Positions 27,047 through 41,384 of a stretch of 64,000 nucleotides of DNA are shown here, piece by piece. The DNA is from Eledone cirrhosa (lineage: Eukaryota). A model generated the notes under the pieces. That model did not search any database and was not told where the DNA came from. It worked only from the letters and a program-made list of their open reading frames with translations. The position numbers and the translations under genes were made by a program. Position 1 is the stretch's first letter, and the number at the start of each line of letters is the position of its first letter. The stretch spans positions 177,196,001 through 177,260,000 of the forward strand of contig OZ024740.1 of NCBI GenBank assembly GCA_964016885.1, read 5' to 3'.

Positions 27047-28342
27047 ATGGGGGCATCTGATTCCGCGCAAATCACAGATCTTCTGGGAATTTTCATATTA
27101 AACATGATAAATAGAAAACTGCCGGAGATTACCGGTGGTTTATATAGGGACGACATTTTATTTACAGTGGTCAAACACAACAATATAGAACTAAATAGAG
27201 TTAAAAAAAGTATAATTGAATTCTTTAAAACGTACGACCTTAAATTAGAAGTAGAAAATGGTTCCAAAATAGTTTATTTCCTTGACGTTACCTTTAACTT
27301 AAACACCGGCTTCTATTACCATTTTCATAAGCCTAATGAAAACTTAAATTATGTTAGTAACTATTCAAATCACCCTAGATCTGTAAAAAAGCTATAGTAA
27401 ATAGTGTCCCAAAACGTATTAATAAAATATCAGCTAATAAAGATATATTTTATAAAAATCGCTGAATACTACAACAACGCGTTAAAAAGAGCAGGATATA
27501 TGAATAATATTGAATATGTAGATAATAATAATCCAAGTATTATTCCTAATAATAATAATAAAAATAATAACATATATAAGAGAAACTCTAATAATTATAA
27601 TTCAAACACCCATACGCTAAATAAATCGAGAATACGAACTAGATCTAAACCAGTCATATGGTTTGCACCCCCTGCTTCGGTCGCAGTTAAAACACTAATT
27701 GCAAAATTATTCTTTAAACATAAATACCATTCCATTTTTAATAGACATACCATTAAATTCTCAAATTCTTCAACCAGTAATATGGCCCAAAACATTGCCA
27801 AATTAAACGCCAAAATCCTAAAACCAAACCTGAATAATGATCATAATAATAGAGTTAACATAAATGATACTAAACCAAAATGTAATTGTAGAAATAAAAC
27901 TAATTGCCCTTTGCAAAATAATTGTTTAGATATTAATTTGGTTTATAAATGCACCGTAAAAACAGATCACAAAACATACAACTACATAGGTTCGACCTCG
28001 TCCACATTCAAAGCCCGTTTTGCGAACCATAAAAGCTCATTTTCGAACTCTAAGAGGAAATCATCCACGTCTTTATCACAGCTAATATGGTCGTTAAAAG
28101 AGAAGATTTTAAAATTCTCCATTCTTTGGACAAAACTTCGGAACTGTGGAATTTACCGCAACTCTAGTATATCAAATAACTGCCCGCTCTGTACAATGGA
28201 GACCCTGTTGATTATTAATAACTACGAGACCCTAATTAACAAAAAAAGTGAATTATTCTCTAGTTGCTTCCATAAAGCTACGTCCACTTTTTTAGCCTCA
28301 TATAAAACGAGAGAAAAAGACGCAATAACACCAAACCAATAA
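27047..28342 (+). pseudogene. PLE reverse transcriptase C-terminal half plus GIY-YIG endonuclease
   Basis: MGASDSAQITDLLG, GLYRDD, FLDVTFNL, SNHP; CNCRNKTNCPLQNNC; LVYKC...YIGSTSSTFKARFANH; CPLCTME; frameshift near 27400. Confidence 0.9.
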
Positions 28343-29166
28343 TAACTCGGTTACCAGGAATATATAATCAACAGTGAAAAACATTAATGGCCTATTTTAT
28401 AGCTATCTATAGAAGAAACAAAGCTAGAATGAATGACACTTGTTCAATAACATGCCGGAACATTGATACACATAACATTATTTTGTTAACTTTGATCAAT
28501 ACCATCATTTCTTTATTTCTTTATTTCTCTATATCTCTTCTTATCTATGCTTACAATTTAGTATAATACCTAATCCTTACATATTCACGGAATTTATCTA
28601 TAACTGTGAATTTTTAATACATTTTTTATCTATTTTAAATTTTAAATTTTAGTTTAATACCCAATCCATGAATTTTTATGAAACTTATCTATAACTGTGA
28701 ATTTTTAATGAGTTTTTGATCTCTTATTTATAGTATAATATAATATAGTATATGCATATATTTCTTTTAAATATATTTACTGCACTTTAAAATCTAAAAT
28801 TTAGGACAGATTCAAACTTATATATAAATGTGAATTTTTGCTGCGCTTTTGATCTCTTATTTATAATATAATGTATTATAATATTTATTTATATATTCTT
28901 AAATATTTTAAAATATACCTACCACATTTCTATATATATGATTCAAATATAGAGAAAATATCCAAACTAAAAATAGACTTTATTTGAACTCTGAATTATC
29001 CATCCACTCATTATTGTTTCTCTTATATATATATATATGTGTGTATTCAAATGTAACACGTTGAACTCTACTTTATAAAATTATAACTGTTATCATTTAC
29101 CTAAAGTTTACTACACTACTAATACTAAATATATATCTATATATATACCTCCCTATATCTAATAAT

Positions 29167-29348
29167 TGTTTCTACTTTAGGCACAAGGCCAGCAATTACC
29201 CAGTGCATTACTGGTACTTTATTTTATCGACCCCGTAAGGATGAAAGGCAAAGTCAACCTCGGCGGGATTTGAACTCAGATCGTAAAGGGACGTAACTAT
29301 GCTGGAAAGCATGGCGTCCGACCCTCTACCGATACTGCCAATCCACCG
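29167..29348 (-). mobile_element. Complete tRNA-derived SINE with 16-bp target-site duplication
   Basis: CCCTATATCTAATAAT at 29151-29166 and 29349-29364; A/B boxes on -; absent from the mirror arm near 26020-26035. Confidence 0.92.
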
Positions 29349-30133
29349 CCCTATATCTAATAATATGTTGATATCTTGGTTGAAGAATAATTAGTACATC
29401 TACACCCAATTATACATAGGTGTATATTTATCCTTAACATGCTTCAATCTATTATCTTATTTTATTTTTATCTTCGTCGTTATTATTTACCTTAAACATA
29501 CTGGCTCATTAATATATACCTATATACATAATAGTTATTTAAATATTAATAAGTATTTCAAAAGCTTTACATACCTAATATGTTTAATATTTTTATTAAA
29601 GTTTAAATTTAGGTACATAATCAACAGTATAATATTTCATCCTTTATGTGCCAGCTAAATCCTTTAAATGTTACCCTCATAACATTCAGAAGTTTAGAAA
29701 TGATAACACACTTATCGAATTTATAAAAATAATATATAAATAACCAGCAAATAATCCTGAAATCTGAAGTCTTCCCCCTAATATTATAAATTAAATATTT
29801 TCAAATTTAACCGTTTAACTTTCGGAAAAAATCTCCTTCTAGATATATCACCCCACCCCCACCCTTTATCTTTCCCTCTTTATAAATCCTTTTCCAGTGG
29901 CTATCACTGGCTGTTATGATTCATGAGACGTTTTCCTAGATATATCGTAGTATCATACATTTAAATTTTTTAGAACAGTTACAGTAAGCAACGTTTTTTT
30001 CTTACTCACACATTCTCTAATGAATTTATTACGTTTTCGCATTTTCTTATAATTAGGCTATATAAGTAAAATTTTCTCTCGGGTTAATCACTACCTTGAT
30101 TTAATCTTAATATCTCAGGGTATGTCATGTATC

Positions 30134-30196
30134 ATTATATTTTGTCTGATGAGGACGTACTGTTGTACATCCGAAATATGTATAATAAAATGTAAT
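30134..30196 (+). ncRNA. Hammerhead ribozyme at the PLE 3' end (mirror copy ~25031-25086 on -)
   Basis: 12-bp stem I ATTATATTTTGT/ATAAAATGTAAT, CTGATGA, stem II GGACGTAC/GTACATCC, GAAA TATGTA TA; overlapping AATAAA. Confidence 0.85.
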
Positions 30197-30245
30197 TGAT
30201 CAAAAGAACATCTATTTTATTAATATTTATATTTTAATATTTATA

Positions 30246-30285
<40 letters not shown>

Positions 30286-30803
30286 AAAGAATAGAGGTGT
30301 AACACACAAGTTATTATATATTGGTAAACGGAATAGAAAATGCTGACAAATTGTTCACAGTTGGAAAATGGTTTAATTAGGAATAAAAGAGTATTAGTGA
30401 TTGTATGGGTTAGTATTCAGTTGTGGTTTTAAGTTTTTAAGTTTTTACCGGTTGCGCATTTCTAAATGCTTTTCAAAAATAATTTTGAGATAGAGTGTCC
30501 GTGCTGTTTGCTCTGATCTGATTAGTTTTGGGAATTCTACCTAAAATGGTAGAATTCCCAAAACTAATCAGATCAGAGCAAACAGCACGGACACTCTATC
30601 TCAAAATTATTTTTGAAAAGCATTTAGAAATGCGCAACCGGTAAAAACTTAAAAACTTAAAACCACAACTGAATACTAACCCATACAATCACTAATACTC
30701 TTTTATTCCTAATTAAACCATTTTCCAACTGTGAACAATTTGTCAGCATTTTCTATTCCGTTTACCAATATATAATAACTTGTGTGTTACACCTCTATTC
30801 TTT

Positions 30804-30873
<70 letters not shown>

Positions 30874-30930
30874 TATAAATATTAAAATATAAATATTAAT
30901 AAAATAGATGTTCTTTTGATCAATTACATT
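30190..30930. repeat. Near-perfect palindrome centred at 30542-30547
   Basis: 30281-30541 mirrors 30548-30808 with no visible mismatch; symmetry continues through (TA)n into the last ~60 bp of the neighbouring PLE. Confidence 0.9.
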
Positions 30931-30940
30931 ATATATATAT

Positions 30941-30983
<43 letters not shown>

Positions 30984-31196
30984 GTAAACACATGTATGTA
31001 TTTATCTATGCATGCATACATATATAAAATATTGTCATATTTACCAAAATATTTTTCTAATATCGTGTTTATTATTTAATATTGTCGTCTGCTTTTCTTC
31101 TCACATGTGGTTACTTACTGTCTCACTCTCTTTTCTTTCCCCTCTCACACAGCCTCTTCTTTCTCTCTCTTTTTGCCAGTCCCTTCTCTCACGCAG

Positions 31197-31263
<67 letters not shown>

Positions 31264-31499
31264 CCTTCCTTTATTTGTCTATTTCTTTCTGTCGTTGTTT
31301 CCCTCCTATAGGCATTCCCTCTCTTTCTTTTTCTGTCCCTCTCTCTCTTCTACTCTGCACTTTCTACTTCCTTCTCTTTCTCAACCGCGTTCCTGCTTAC
31401 GGCAGTTCTAATAGAGATGTTTTAACGCAAAGTCACACAAGGATTAGCAAAATGGCGATTATCACTTTGAAAGAAACAATTATGCAATAAATAGTTGTT

Positions 31500-31610
31500 C
31501 TTGACACGTCTCGCATCCTCCTTTGGCAATGTGTAAAATTTTAACGAGATCGGGTGAACAATACGCAAGTTATAATACTTTACACACACAGACAGAACGG
31601 GACTTATATA
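31500..31610 (-). mobile_element. Helitron 5'-terminal fragment
   Basis: Strong similarity to 24515-24614. Confidence 0.6.
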
Positions 31611-31828
31611 GTATATATATATATAATTGGAAATCAGTAAAATCGAATCTCTGTCGGTTTACAAGTAAATTCGGCCTACTTATATGAAGTGATGAGTTAG
31701 CAAAGCACTTGATAAGATAGGTCTCAGAGTTATAACATACGTTTAAATAGCTTGACAAATCGAACATTGTGGTAGGCTAAACTAACACACAATACATACC
31801 AAAGTAACGAAAAAACTAATCAGGTTGA

Positions 31829-31869
<41 letters not shown>

Positions 31870-31874
<5 letters not shown>

Positions 31875-32010
31875 TTCTACAGGACTAGAACTGTTTCATT
31901 CATTAGAAATCATAGTCCTGTAGAATCTCATCTATATTAAAACTTTTATACTCTGCTATGTATTGAGTACCTTACTTACTGTGGTTACCTCCGATTCAAC
32001 CCGGAATAAC
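31870..32010. mobile_element. Second fold-back copy of the 8074-8270 HHR element
   Basis: Same 3' tail and similar left end, but a different inversion junction that breaks the HHR. Confidence 0.85.
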
Positions 32011-32011
32011 G

Positions 32012-32042
<31 letters not shown>

Positions 32043-32050
32043 ATATATAG

Positions 32051-33895
32051 TTGAAAAAGTGAAGAATAACATGGTCAACAGTACAAACAAGGACATTTAT
32101 TTACAGTCTAACAATTGTTTCCATGATAGAGCTGTCTAGAAATTGCTAAACACTGAAGGTAGTGGCACTGAATTTAAAATACATGCAACCTCCATCATTT
32201 CGTCAGAGATTAATAGAAAATACAAAATATATGCGTAACAAATGCCCTTTACTAAACAGATGCCTAGAGAAAAATGTAGTATACCTGTGTACTATAAATT
32301 CAGGCGGTCTGGCATGGTATTACATTGGTTTCACAGCTGGTGAATTTAAAAAAAGGTGGTACGTGCACAAACATTCTATGATTAATGAGAATCTATCAAA
32401 TACAACAACTCTCGCCAACAAAATCTGGCAACTCAAGAATATAAGCATTGAATACGAGATCAGTTGGACAATATTGTCAAAAGCAAAGGCCTATCAAATT
32501 GGAATGTCCCATTGCAGGCTCTGTAATATGGAGCTTTTCCAAATTCTTAATTTCAACAAAACCCTTCTTAACAGTAGAATTGAACGAACTATTTTCTATT
32601 CCTCATCCCTTTTATATCATTAGAATCTACTACATTATCACATTATCAGCAGCATCGTCACCATTATAATTACCAAAGAACAACATCAGAACATCTTATA
32701 TTGACATTCTTATTTTATACACCTCGATCTTTCACCATTGTCTTTGCTTTTCTCTACTTTAACCTATTTCATCTCGATCATTTTATCCTATCATATAATG
32801 CATCTTAAACTAGTTAATTTACTTACTAAAATATCCAAATCACACATAAATATATCCAATATTATGATATTTTCAACTTAACATCTATCCACATTTAATA
32901 ATCATCAATAACTATTCACAATAACATTAACAACATTAATATTACTCTTATTAGTCTCTTCAACGCATTTATTTATTTATTTATTCTCATCTCTACGTTT
33001 CAGATACTATACCATTTTATATAAAAATAGATGTAAATTGTTTATTCACTCATCTATCTTTTTATTTATTTATTTATCCTTTTATTTATTTATTTATTTA
33101 TTTATTTGTTTCTATGCTTAAATCTCTATTTTTACTTGCTTTCATTCTTGTATTAACGTATATTCGTCTGTCTGTTTATCTTCCTTCTTCTCTCATTCAT
33201 CAACAATTACTCATATGGTCGCACGCCTTAAATCTTCTGTCTTCCACATGATGTCTCTACCTGTTTTTCTGTTTCCCCCTCTTCATCTTTCTCTATCTCC
33301 TCTTTTTCCATATTCATCCTTCTTTTTCTCCTCTACCTTTACTACATCTACCCCCCCCCCCCTTCTTTCTATGTGTATCTTTATTATCAATATTATTTTT
33401 ATTTTGATGTGATAGTTTGATTTCGTAATTTTGCCGGTTGTGCATTTTCGTTTTCTCTTTCGTCTTTCTCCCGCCCTCCCCCCTCCTTTCCATCTGTCCC
33501 CCTTCCTTTATTTCTCTCTATATATTTATTATTAATATCATTATTGATGTGGTAATTTGAATTTATAAATTTACCGTTACGCATATATTTTGTATTTTCT
33601 ATTAGTCTCTGACGAAATGATAGAGGTTGCATATATTTTAAATTCAGTGCCATTACCGTCAGTGTTTAGCAATTTCTAGACATCTCTATCATGGAAACAA
33701 TTGTTAGACTGTAAATAAATTTCCTTATTTGTAATGTTGACCATGTTATTCTTCACTTTTTCAATTTGATCACTCCAAGATATAGTTATATGGGAATACA
33801 AGTGAAGTCATTAACTCGCCATCCACGTAAACCTCTTGTTGAGTCACACAACGCCGTACGCTTAAACTATCCATGATAAGTAGTTTTCACTACCT
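32051..33895. mobile_element. PLE remnant (GIY-YIG plus 3' UTR) with 190-bp inverted 3' copy
   Basis: CPLLNRC..NVVYLC..YYIGFTAGEFKKRW..H..CRLCNME at 32240-32620 (+); arms 32051-32240 and 33576-33764. Confidence 0.88.
33604..33710 (+). ncRNA. Hammerhead ribozyme with long stem II (mirror copy 32105-32211 on -)
   Basis: AGTCT CTGACGA A ATGATAGAG...CTCTATCAT G GAAA CAATTG TT AGACT, then AATAAA at 33714. Confidence 0.85.
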
Positions 33896-33932
33896 CTTAT
33901 CGGATTACCTTTAACGATATATTGTTTTCCTC

Positions 33933-34038
<106 letters not shown>

Positions 34039-34401
34039 TATTGAAGTTTGCTTGAAGCATTGTGGAACAATAAGTAAATATCTTTAAGTCGTTTGGAAGC
34101 CTCGACAATGCAAATGGGTAAATCTCCGGGTAACAAGGTCCGGTGGTGGAGAGAGAGATGTAAGTGGGTGTACGTTGAGATGCGTGGTGTGTATAAAATG
34201 TGTGAGATGTGTAGAATGAAGGGAAGAGTATAAAGGATAAAATAAAAATAACAACACAAGAGAGAGTTACCTTGGGAGAGATTTAATAGTTCCTATATAT
34301 TTCGGATTCACATCCATCAACTGGGTTTTTTCCGGGGTGGGGGAAAAGGCTGTCTGTCGGACAAGTCCGGAACGCGTCCTTCGCTGTTTGTTGTTTTGAA
34401 T

Positions 34402-34453
<52 letters not shown>

Positions 34454-34520
34454 TGCACTTTATGCTAATACAGATAAATGTGCACACAAATATAGTCGCA
34501 AAACGCATTCAAGTGTATGC

Positions 34521-34565
<45 letters not shown>

Positions 34566-35116
34566 CACACTATTTCTTTCTCTTCACAGCTGAACAAGAT
34601 TTTAAAGGAGAGCCAAATTTTGGTAGCTAAATTAAATAAAAAATATTTCTATACATTTTCATAGAAGAATGAACGACTGTAGGGAAGGCCTGTTGTTGGT
34701 GCGCTTTGTGGTAGATTTCAATGGATCAGAGGAAAGACCGCAATATCTTCACCGTTGAATTAAAGAACAATTATTCAGTGGTTAAGGATTGATAGATATG
34801 ATTATTTGCACGTATGCTGTATATGCGTGTATATTTTTTATTAGTAATTTGCTATTAGTAAGCTTCTGTAAATAGGCTTCACACTTTTTTTGTGGAATTC
34901 TATAAGGTATTGTGGTTTTGTTAATTTAGTGATTTCACCTTCAGCAAGTATTTTCTACAATAATATCGAGTTGATCAACGACTTATGAGTGAAACTTGGC
35001 AGACAGAAATTATAAAAGCCCGTCGGGTTAAAATAGGAAAAGTCATTAATAAAATTCTTAAACTCATACACTAGCATTTCTTATATATAATATATTTGAA
35101 AGAAGTAATTCCCTAC

Positions 35117-36116
<1,000 letters not shown>

Positions 36117-36153
36117 TATGTATATATATATATCTCATGTCCATAAATAAAAC

Positions 36154-36191
<38 letters not shown>

Positions 36192-36718
36192 GTATTTTAC
36201 TTACGGACATGAGACGAACTACTCGAAAACGAATAGAGTTTAAATATTCATTTATTAAGGGTAGGCAGTCTGTCCCGTCTTGTGTTCCTGCGAGTGCTTA
36301 TGTGAAACTCTTGATAGTCATTTAAACTCATGTATTTCTTCATTGTGCTGTGTTGTTTGCGCTGTTATTTCTATTCATGAAATATTTGCAAAATGTTGAA
36401 ATTTGAAATGTACAAGACCCAATATAAATGTCTATAATAATAGTCGTTCTCTGTTACTGATATTTGAGAAAACCTGATAAATTCCCACGAAGACGGAAAA
36501 TAATTAGAAAGAAGTGCCTTCTTTTTATAGTAATTGATTATGTGTGTGTGGGTATGTGTGTGTGTATGTGTGCGTGTGAGTGAGTATGAGTGTGTGCGTG
36601 TGTGTGTGTGCGTGTGCGTGTGCGTGTGTGTGTAAGTCCATCCGAAAAGTAAACCGAAAAGCAAATACAGTACAGTTAACGTACATATTAGTTTAACGCT
36701 TGATATATTAGAAATATA

Positions 36719-37808
36719 TCTATATATAAAACAGAGGATGTCTGTCTGTGTAAATCCCTAAAACTCGAGAGGTACCCGACCGTTTTTTTCCAAATTTTAC
36801 ACATGCGTTACTTATATTTCTTGAAGTGTAATGGGCTAATTTGCTGTGGACAAAAAAAAATTTCCGATTCCTTTAATAGTTTCTAGGAAATTTACGAATT
36901 AGCATTGGGCATTACATGACATTTTCATTTTCAATATAAACGCTACTTAAACATCGTAAGTAGCGTATAATATTTCGTTAAAAATTTGGTTTATTTAACA
37001 GAGGACACAACACTTACTTACTTTTAAGCAGGACCATTTTCGGGGGATTGGGGAAATGAGAGGACCTTAAAATTTTTGTCGGCGCCCTGTTGACGCTTCG
37101 TGCTTTATCACGCGCAAATCCAGGCCCTGTGTACGTTACCGTATTATTGACACCGTAAAACTCACGTCTCTGCTACTTCTACTAAGACCCCTTTTGTTGC
37201 ACCTACACCGCAGTATAAACGCCCTGTGCAAGTACGCTGAACAGCGGTTGTGCTAATTCCGCGGTGACCTCCTACTTGAAATTGTTGATGGTGACCCCAA
37301 TAGTAATTCCGAAGTGTTCGGCATCCGATATAACAATTCGGTCTGTATCAGATTGGGTAGATTTACGAAGATGTTATGGTCTCCTGTGGGGAAGGCCCAA
37401 CATGATGTGCGGTTGCATGACATGTCTTACTCAAGCATTGCAGGCTTTACTCTGTACAGAATGCCTGCAGGTGCAATAGAGATAACTGATGATGTCTGAC
37501 TGGATGACTGGGTGAGAATCTATAAAACTCGAAAAGTACCTAACTGATATTCTCCAAAGGGAAGAAAAGTCATACTCTAAGATTTAGTACGCTTAAAGAG
37601 TATCCAGCTGATTTTCTTCAAATTTTGCACATGCATGCAGATGTTTCACGATTCGGGCCTGCTGGTGCTCTACATTTGCAGTAGATGAACAATCATTCCC
37701 TGAGAATAAGGGAATTGAAAAAGTACACAGCTACATTCCTCAATCTTTGCATATGCATGTTGCTCTTTAACGTTTCCTACCCCGTTCAACGCCGGGTCCT
37801 GCTGCTAG
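36719..37808 (+). mobile_element. Non-autonomous Helitron
   Basis: A|TCTATATATAAAA start; subterminal ACCC..GGGT hairpin (37779-37797); CTAG|T end. Confidence 0.75.
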
Positions 37809-37877
37809 TATACACTAAGACATATATTTATGTGTATATTTACATATGTACATATATGTGTGTTTTTGTGTATATGT

Positions 37878-37917
<40 letters not shown>

Positions 37918-38350
37918 TGTGTTGTATGTATATGTATGCGTATGTGTTATGTGTATGCATGTGAATGTGTATACAAATGTGTGTTTTTATGTATGTATTT
38001 CTGTGATTGCATTTAATGTTTATATACTTATATATATATATTTAATGTTTATATACTTATATATATATATTTAATGTTTATATACTTATATATATATATT
38101 TAATGTTTATATACTTATATACCTTGTGGCTCATATTCAATTTTTGTTTGTTGAAATAGAAAACTATCAACTATTAAACAAATGGAAAGAAAGCAAACAA
38201 ACTGACAAAACCTCACATAAATAAACAAATACAAACATAAACATACGCCACCCACACACATATACACCTACACATATACACACGTACACACACACACTTA
38301 TTTCATTGGTTATAAATATTTGAAGTCTGCATGTAAGTATCTATACAATA

Positions 38351-38389
<39 letters not shown>

Positions 38390-38873
38390 GTACGGGAGAT
38401 GTATATATATATATTTATTCATACATACAAGCCGCAACATGATAGCCTGAAGCCCTCATATAACATCTACAATCACAACGGTGACATTTCTAAAACATTT
38501 TGTTAACATGACAGGCCTCAAAAGCAAATGCCGATACCCAATACGAGTGTTTTTGTCCGGATTACTGGACACATATCAGACCCCCTGTGACCATAACAAG
38601 CTTTCCTATTGACCAGTCGAACAATAGATCACTCGGTGAAAACAATTAAACTTGTTTTTGCTGTCGTTGTCAATGTTGTGCCTGGGGTCTAGAAGCTATG
38701 ACAATTTAACGCATATCTTGTCGGTAGGTGTTCCTGTGCGTATGTAAGTATTTCGAGTGTGTATGTATATGATCCGTGTGCGATATGTATAATGTACAAT
38801 GCATTCCTTTGTGGGTGAGTATGTGAGCGTATCAGTCTGTATTCATGTGTATAGATATTTGTATAGATGTATG

Positions 38874-39000
38874 TCGCGTGGCATAATGGTTAGCATGTTC
38901 TGCTCACAATCGTGTGTTCGATTCTCGGCAGCAAGTTGTGACCTTGAGAAATATGTTTTTTCATGTTGTTCCAGTTCAGATGGCAAAATTATTTGTAGTG
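38874..39000 (+). mobile_element. Degenerate tRNA-derived SINE head
   Basis: TGGCATAATGGTTAG (A box) and GTTCGATTCTC (B box). Confidence 0.55.
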
Positions 39001-39220
39001 TATTTCCAATAGCTAACCTTGTTACACATTGTGTCATGCTGGAAGAAAGAGAGGGGCGAGTGTGAGGAGATGTATATCGACAAACAACAGATACATAAAA
39101 AGGGAATGAGAGAAAGAAAGTTAACAATATAAAGAGTTTTTTTTTAAAAATGAGAATTAAATGGTGACACGCACGTATGTATGTATGTATGTATGTATGT
39201 ATGTATGTATGTATGTATGT

Positions 39221-40026
39221 ATTGTCAAGGCAGAATTCTAGAAGGAAAACTCTGATATAACACCTGCAACTCTGATGGTATCCAATGATGTTGACTTGTT
39301 CTTCTTTTTGGTAAATATCATCTTGGTTAAGAGAGTGGAACTGGCTTTGTGCAGTGCCTTTGCTCACTATAAAAGCTTCACGGCACAGGCATTGCTTTGT
39401 ATCTGGAGATCTCTCTGCACTTGTTGTCACATGGTACCATGGGCCCAGCACTATGTGTCAATAATTGTCACAAGTGTAGTGTTTGTACCAGAGTTTTTAA
39501 GTCGCTGGCTGGACTAAAAGTCACACTCGTTCAGCGCATCGGTAGGGGTTCTCCTACATGGATATAAAGTAGTGGCCGTACTCGAAAACGAGTTGGCAGC
39601 CACCATGTATGTATGTATGTAAGTATGTATGTATGTATTGTCAAGGCAGAATTCTAGGAGAAAGAAAACTCTGATATAACACCTGCAACTCTGATGGTAT
39701 CCAATGATGTTGACTTGTTCTTCTTTTTGGTAAATATCATCTTGGTTAAGAGAGTGGGACTGGCTTTGTGCAGTGCCTTTGCTCACTATAAAAGCTTCAC
39801 GGCACAGGCATTGCGTTATATCTGGAGATCTCTCTGCACTTGTTGTCACATGGTACCATGGGCTCAGCATTATGTGTCAATAATTGTCACAAGTGTAGTG
39901 TTTGTACCAGAGTTTTCAAGTCGCTGGCTGCACTAAAAAGTCACACTCGTTCAACCCATCGGTAGGGGTTCTGCTACATGGATATAAAGTAGTGGCCGTA
40001 CTCGAAAACGAGTTGGCAGCCACCAT
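39221..40026 (+). repeat. Two ~416-bp tandem units embedded in (TATG)n
   Basis: 39221-39606 vs 39637-40026, high identity, each bounded by (TATG)n. Confidence 0.9.
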
Positions 40027-40193
40027 GTATGTATGTACGTATATATGTAAATATGTATGTTCTTCTGGTTTCATTGTCTTATAATGTCTTACCAATAGTG
40101 AGAGAGCCGGTTTCTAACATAGACACAAGACCCTTTCATTGGAATTTGACAACTATGTAAATATGTATGCCTGCGTGCGGGCGTGTGTATGCA

Positions 40194-40283
<90 letters not shown>

Positions 40284-40591
40284 TGTGTGTGTGAAGGTAT
40301 GAATGTATGTGTGTATCTGTATGTATGTAAAAAAACCCTGCGGCCTCGGTAGCCGTTGACCAATTCTCCTTTTCGGGTAGTGTTTTCGATGCTCAGAGAG
40401 TGGGATTGGTCGAGTGCAAAGCCTTTCCCCGTGTAAAAAAACCTTCAAAGCACAGGCATTGCTTGCTCAGGATATGTTACAGGTCCGTCTGGCTGGCCGT
40501 AGCCTAAAAGTGCACCAAACTCTATAATCTGACAATCGATTACAATACTCTTAGCAGAGTTTGCAGCCACCAATTATGTATGTATGTATGA

Positions 40592-40870
40592 AACTATAAT
40601 TTCTGGTGCAGTCGTAAGGGATGCCCTTAGTGTCTGGCGCATTTTTAAAACAGCCTATTTCTTCCAGAGGAGAATAGAGATTGATAGAGAGAAGATGCAA
40701 GAAAGAGATACAGAGGAAGAACCGATCCCAGTATTGGACTGATACTTTTTATTGACCTCGAAAAGATGAAAGGCAAAGTTGACCTCAGTGGCGTTTGAAC
40801 TGAGTGTGTAGAGAGCCAGAAAACATATGGTAAAGCAATCTATCCGACGTCCGATCGAGTCTGCCAATTC
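40592..40870 (-). mobile_element. tRNA-derived SINE, long-tail subfamily
   Basis: Homologous to 53938-54295 and 54333-54662. Confidence 0.7.
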
Positions 40871-41384
40871 GACGATCGGAGACATGATGGGAACCATGAA
40901 ACGAGAACGAAAATATTGAGAGAGAGTGAGTCATAAATAGAGATATATAAAACGAATGAAAGTGTTGACGGACGAGAAAGAGATAAGAAAAAAAAGCAGA
41001 GAGTGAAAGAGCTATGCAACTAATCGGAATGTCGGGGGGATGTAAATTTGATTATATAGAATTTATGAAATGTAGCTTTTCACTGGTGCTGTTGGCAATT
41101 TTGATGTATTCTATAACCTACCGAGTTTCAACATTATACGAGTTGTGTCAGAAAAGGCAAAAATTGATTAGATTTGACTTAAATTCGTGGCAAGCCGGTT
41201 GGATTTTCGGTGGTACGGAAACGTGTCGGAAAGTTAGAAAATTTCAGATTGAATAGAAGCGTGAGCTTGTTTGAAGCCATTGCTCTCATAATTATAACTA
41301 ATTGAGCAGGTAGTGCTAGAAGGTATGAAACCAAATTGTGTGAGGAAGAGAACATATGAATGTTTTGAGACGAAAATATAATTC

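Larger units (their letters stand above)
24987..30252. mobile_element. Penelope-like element with ~2-kb inverted 3' duplication
   Basis: + strand 5'-truncated copy 26998-30252; 24987-26997 is the reverse complement of 28188-30241; HHR near each outer end; (TA)n at the right end. Confidence 0.92.

Noticed and set aside
34285-34325. HHR-like GGAT/ATCC stem plus GAAATATATA on minus
   Set aside because: 5' core incomplete and no stem I; at best a decayed relic
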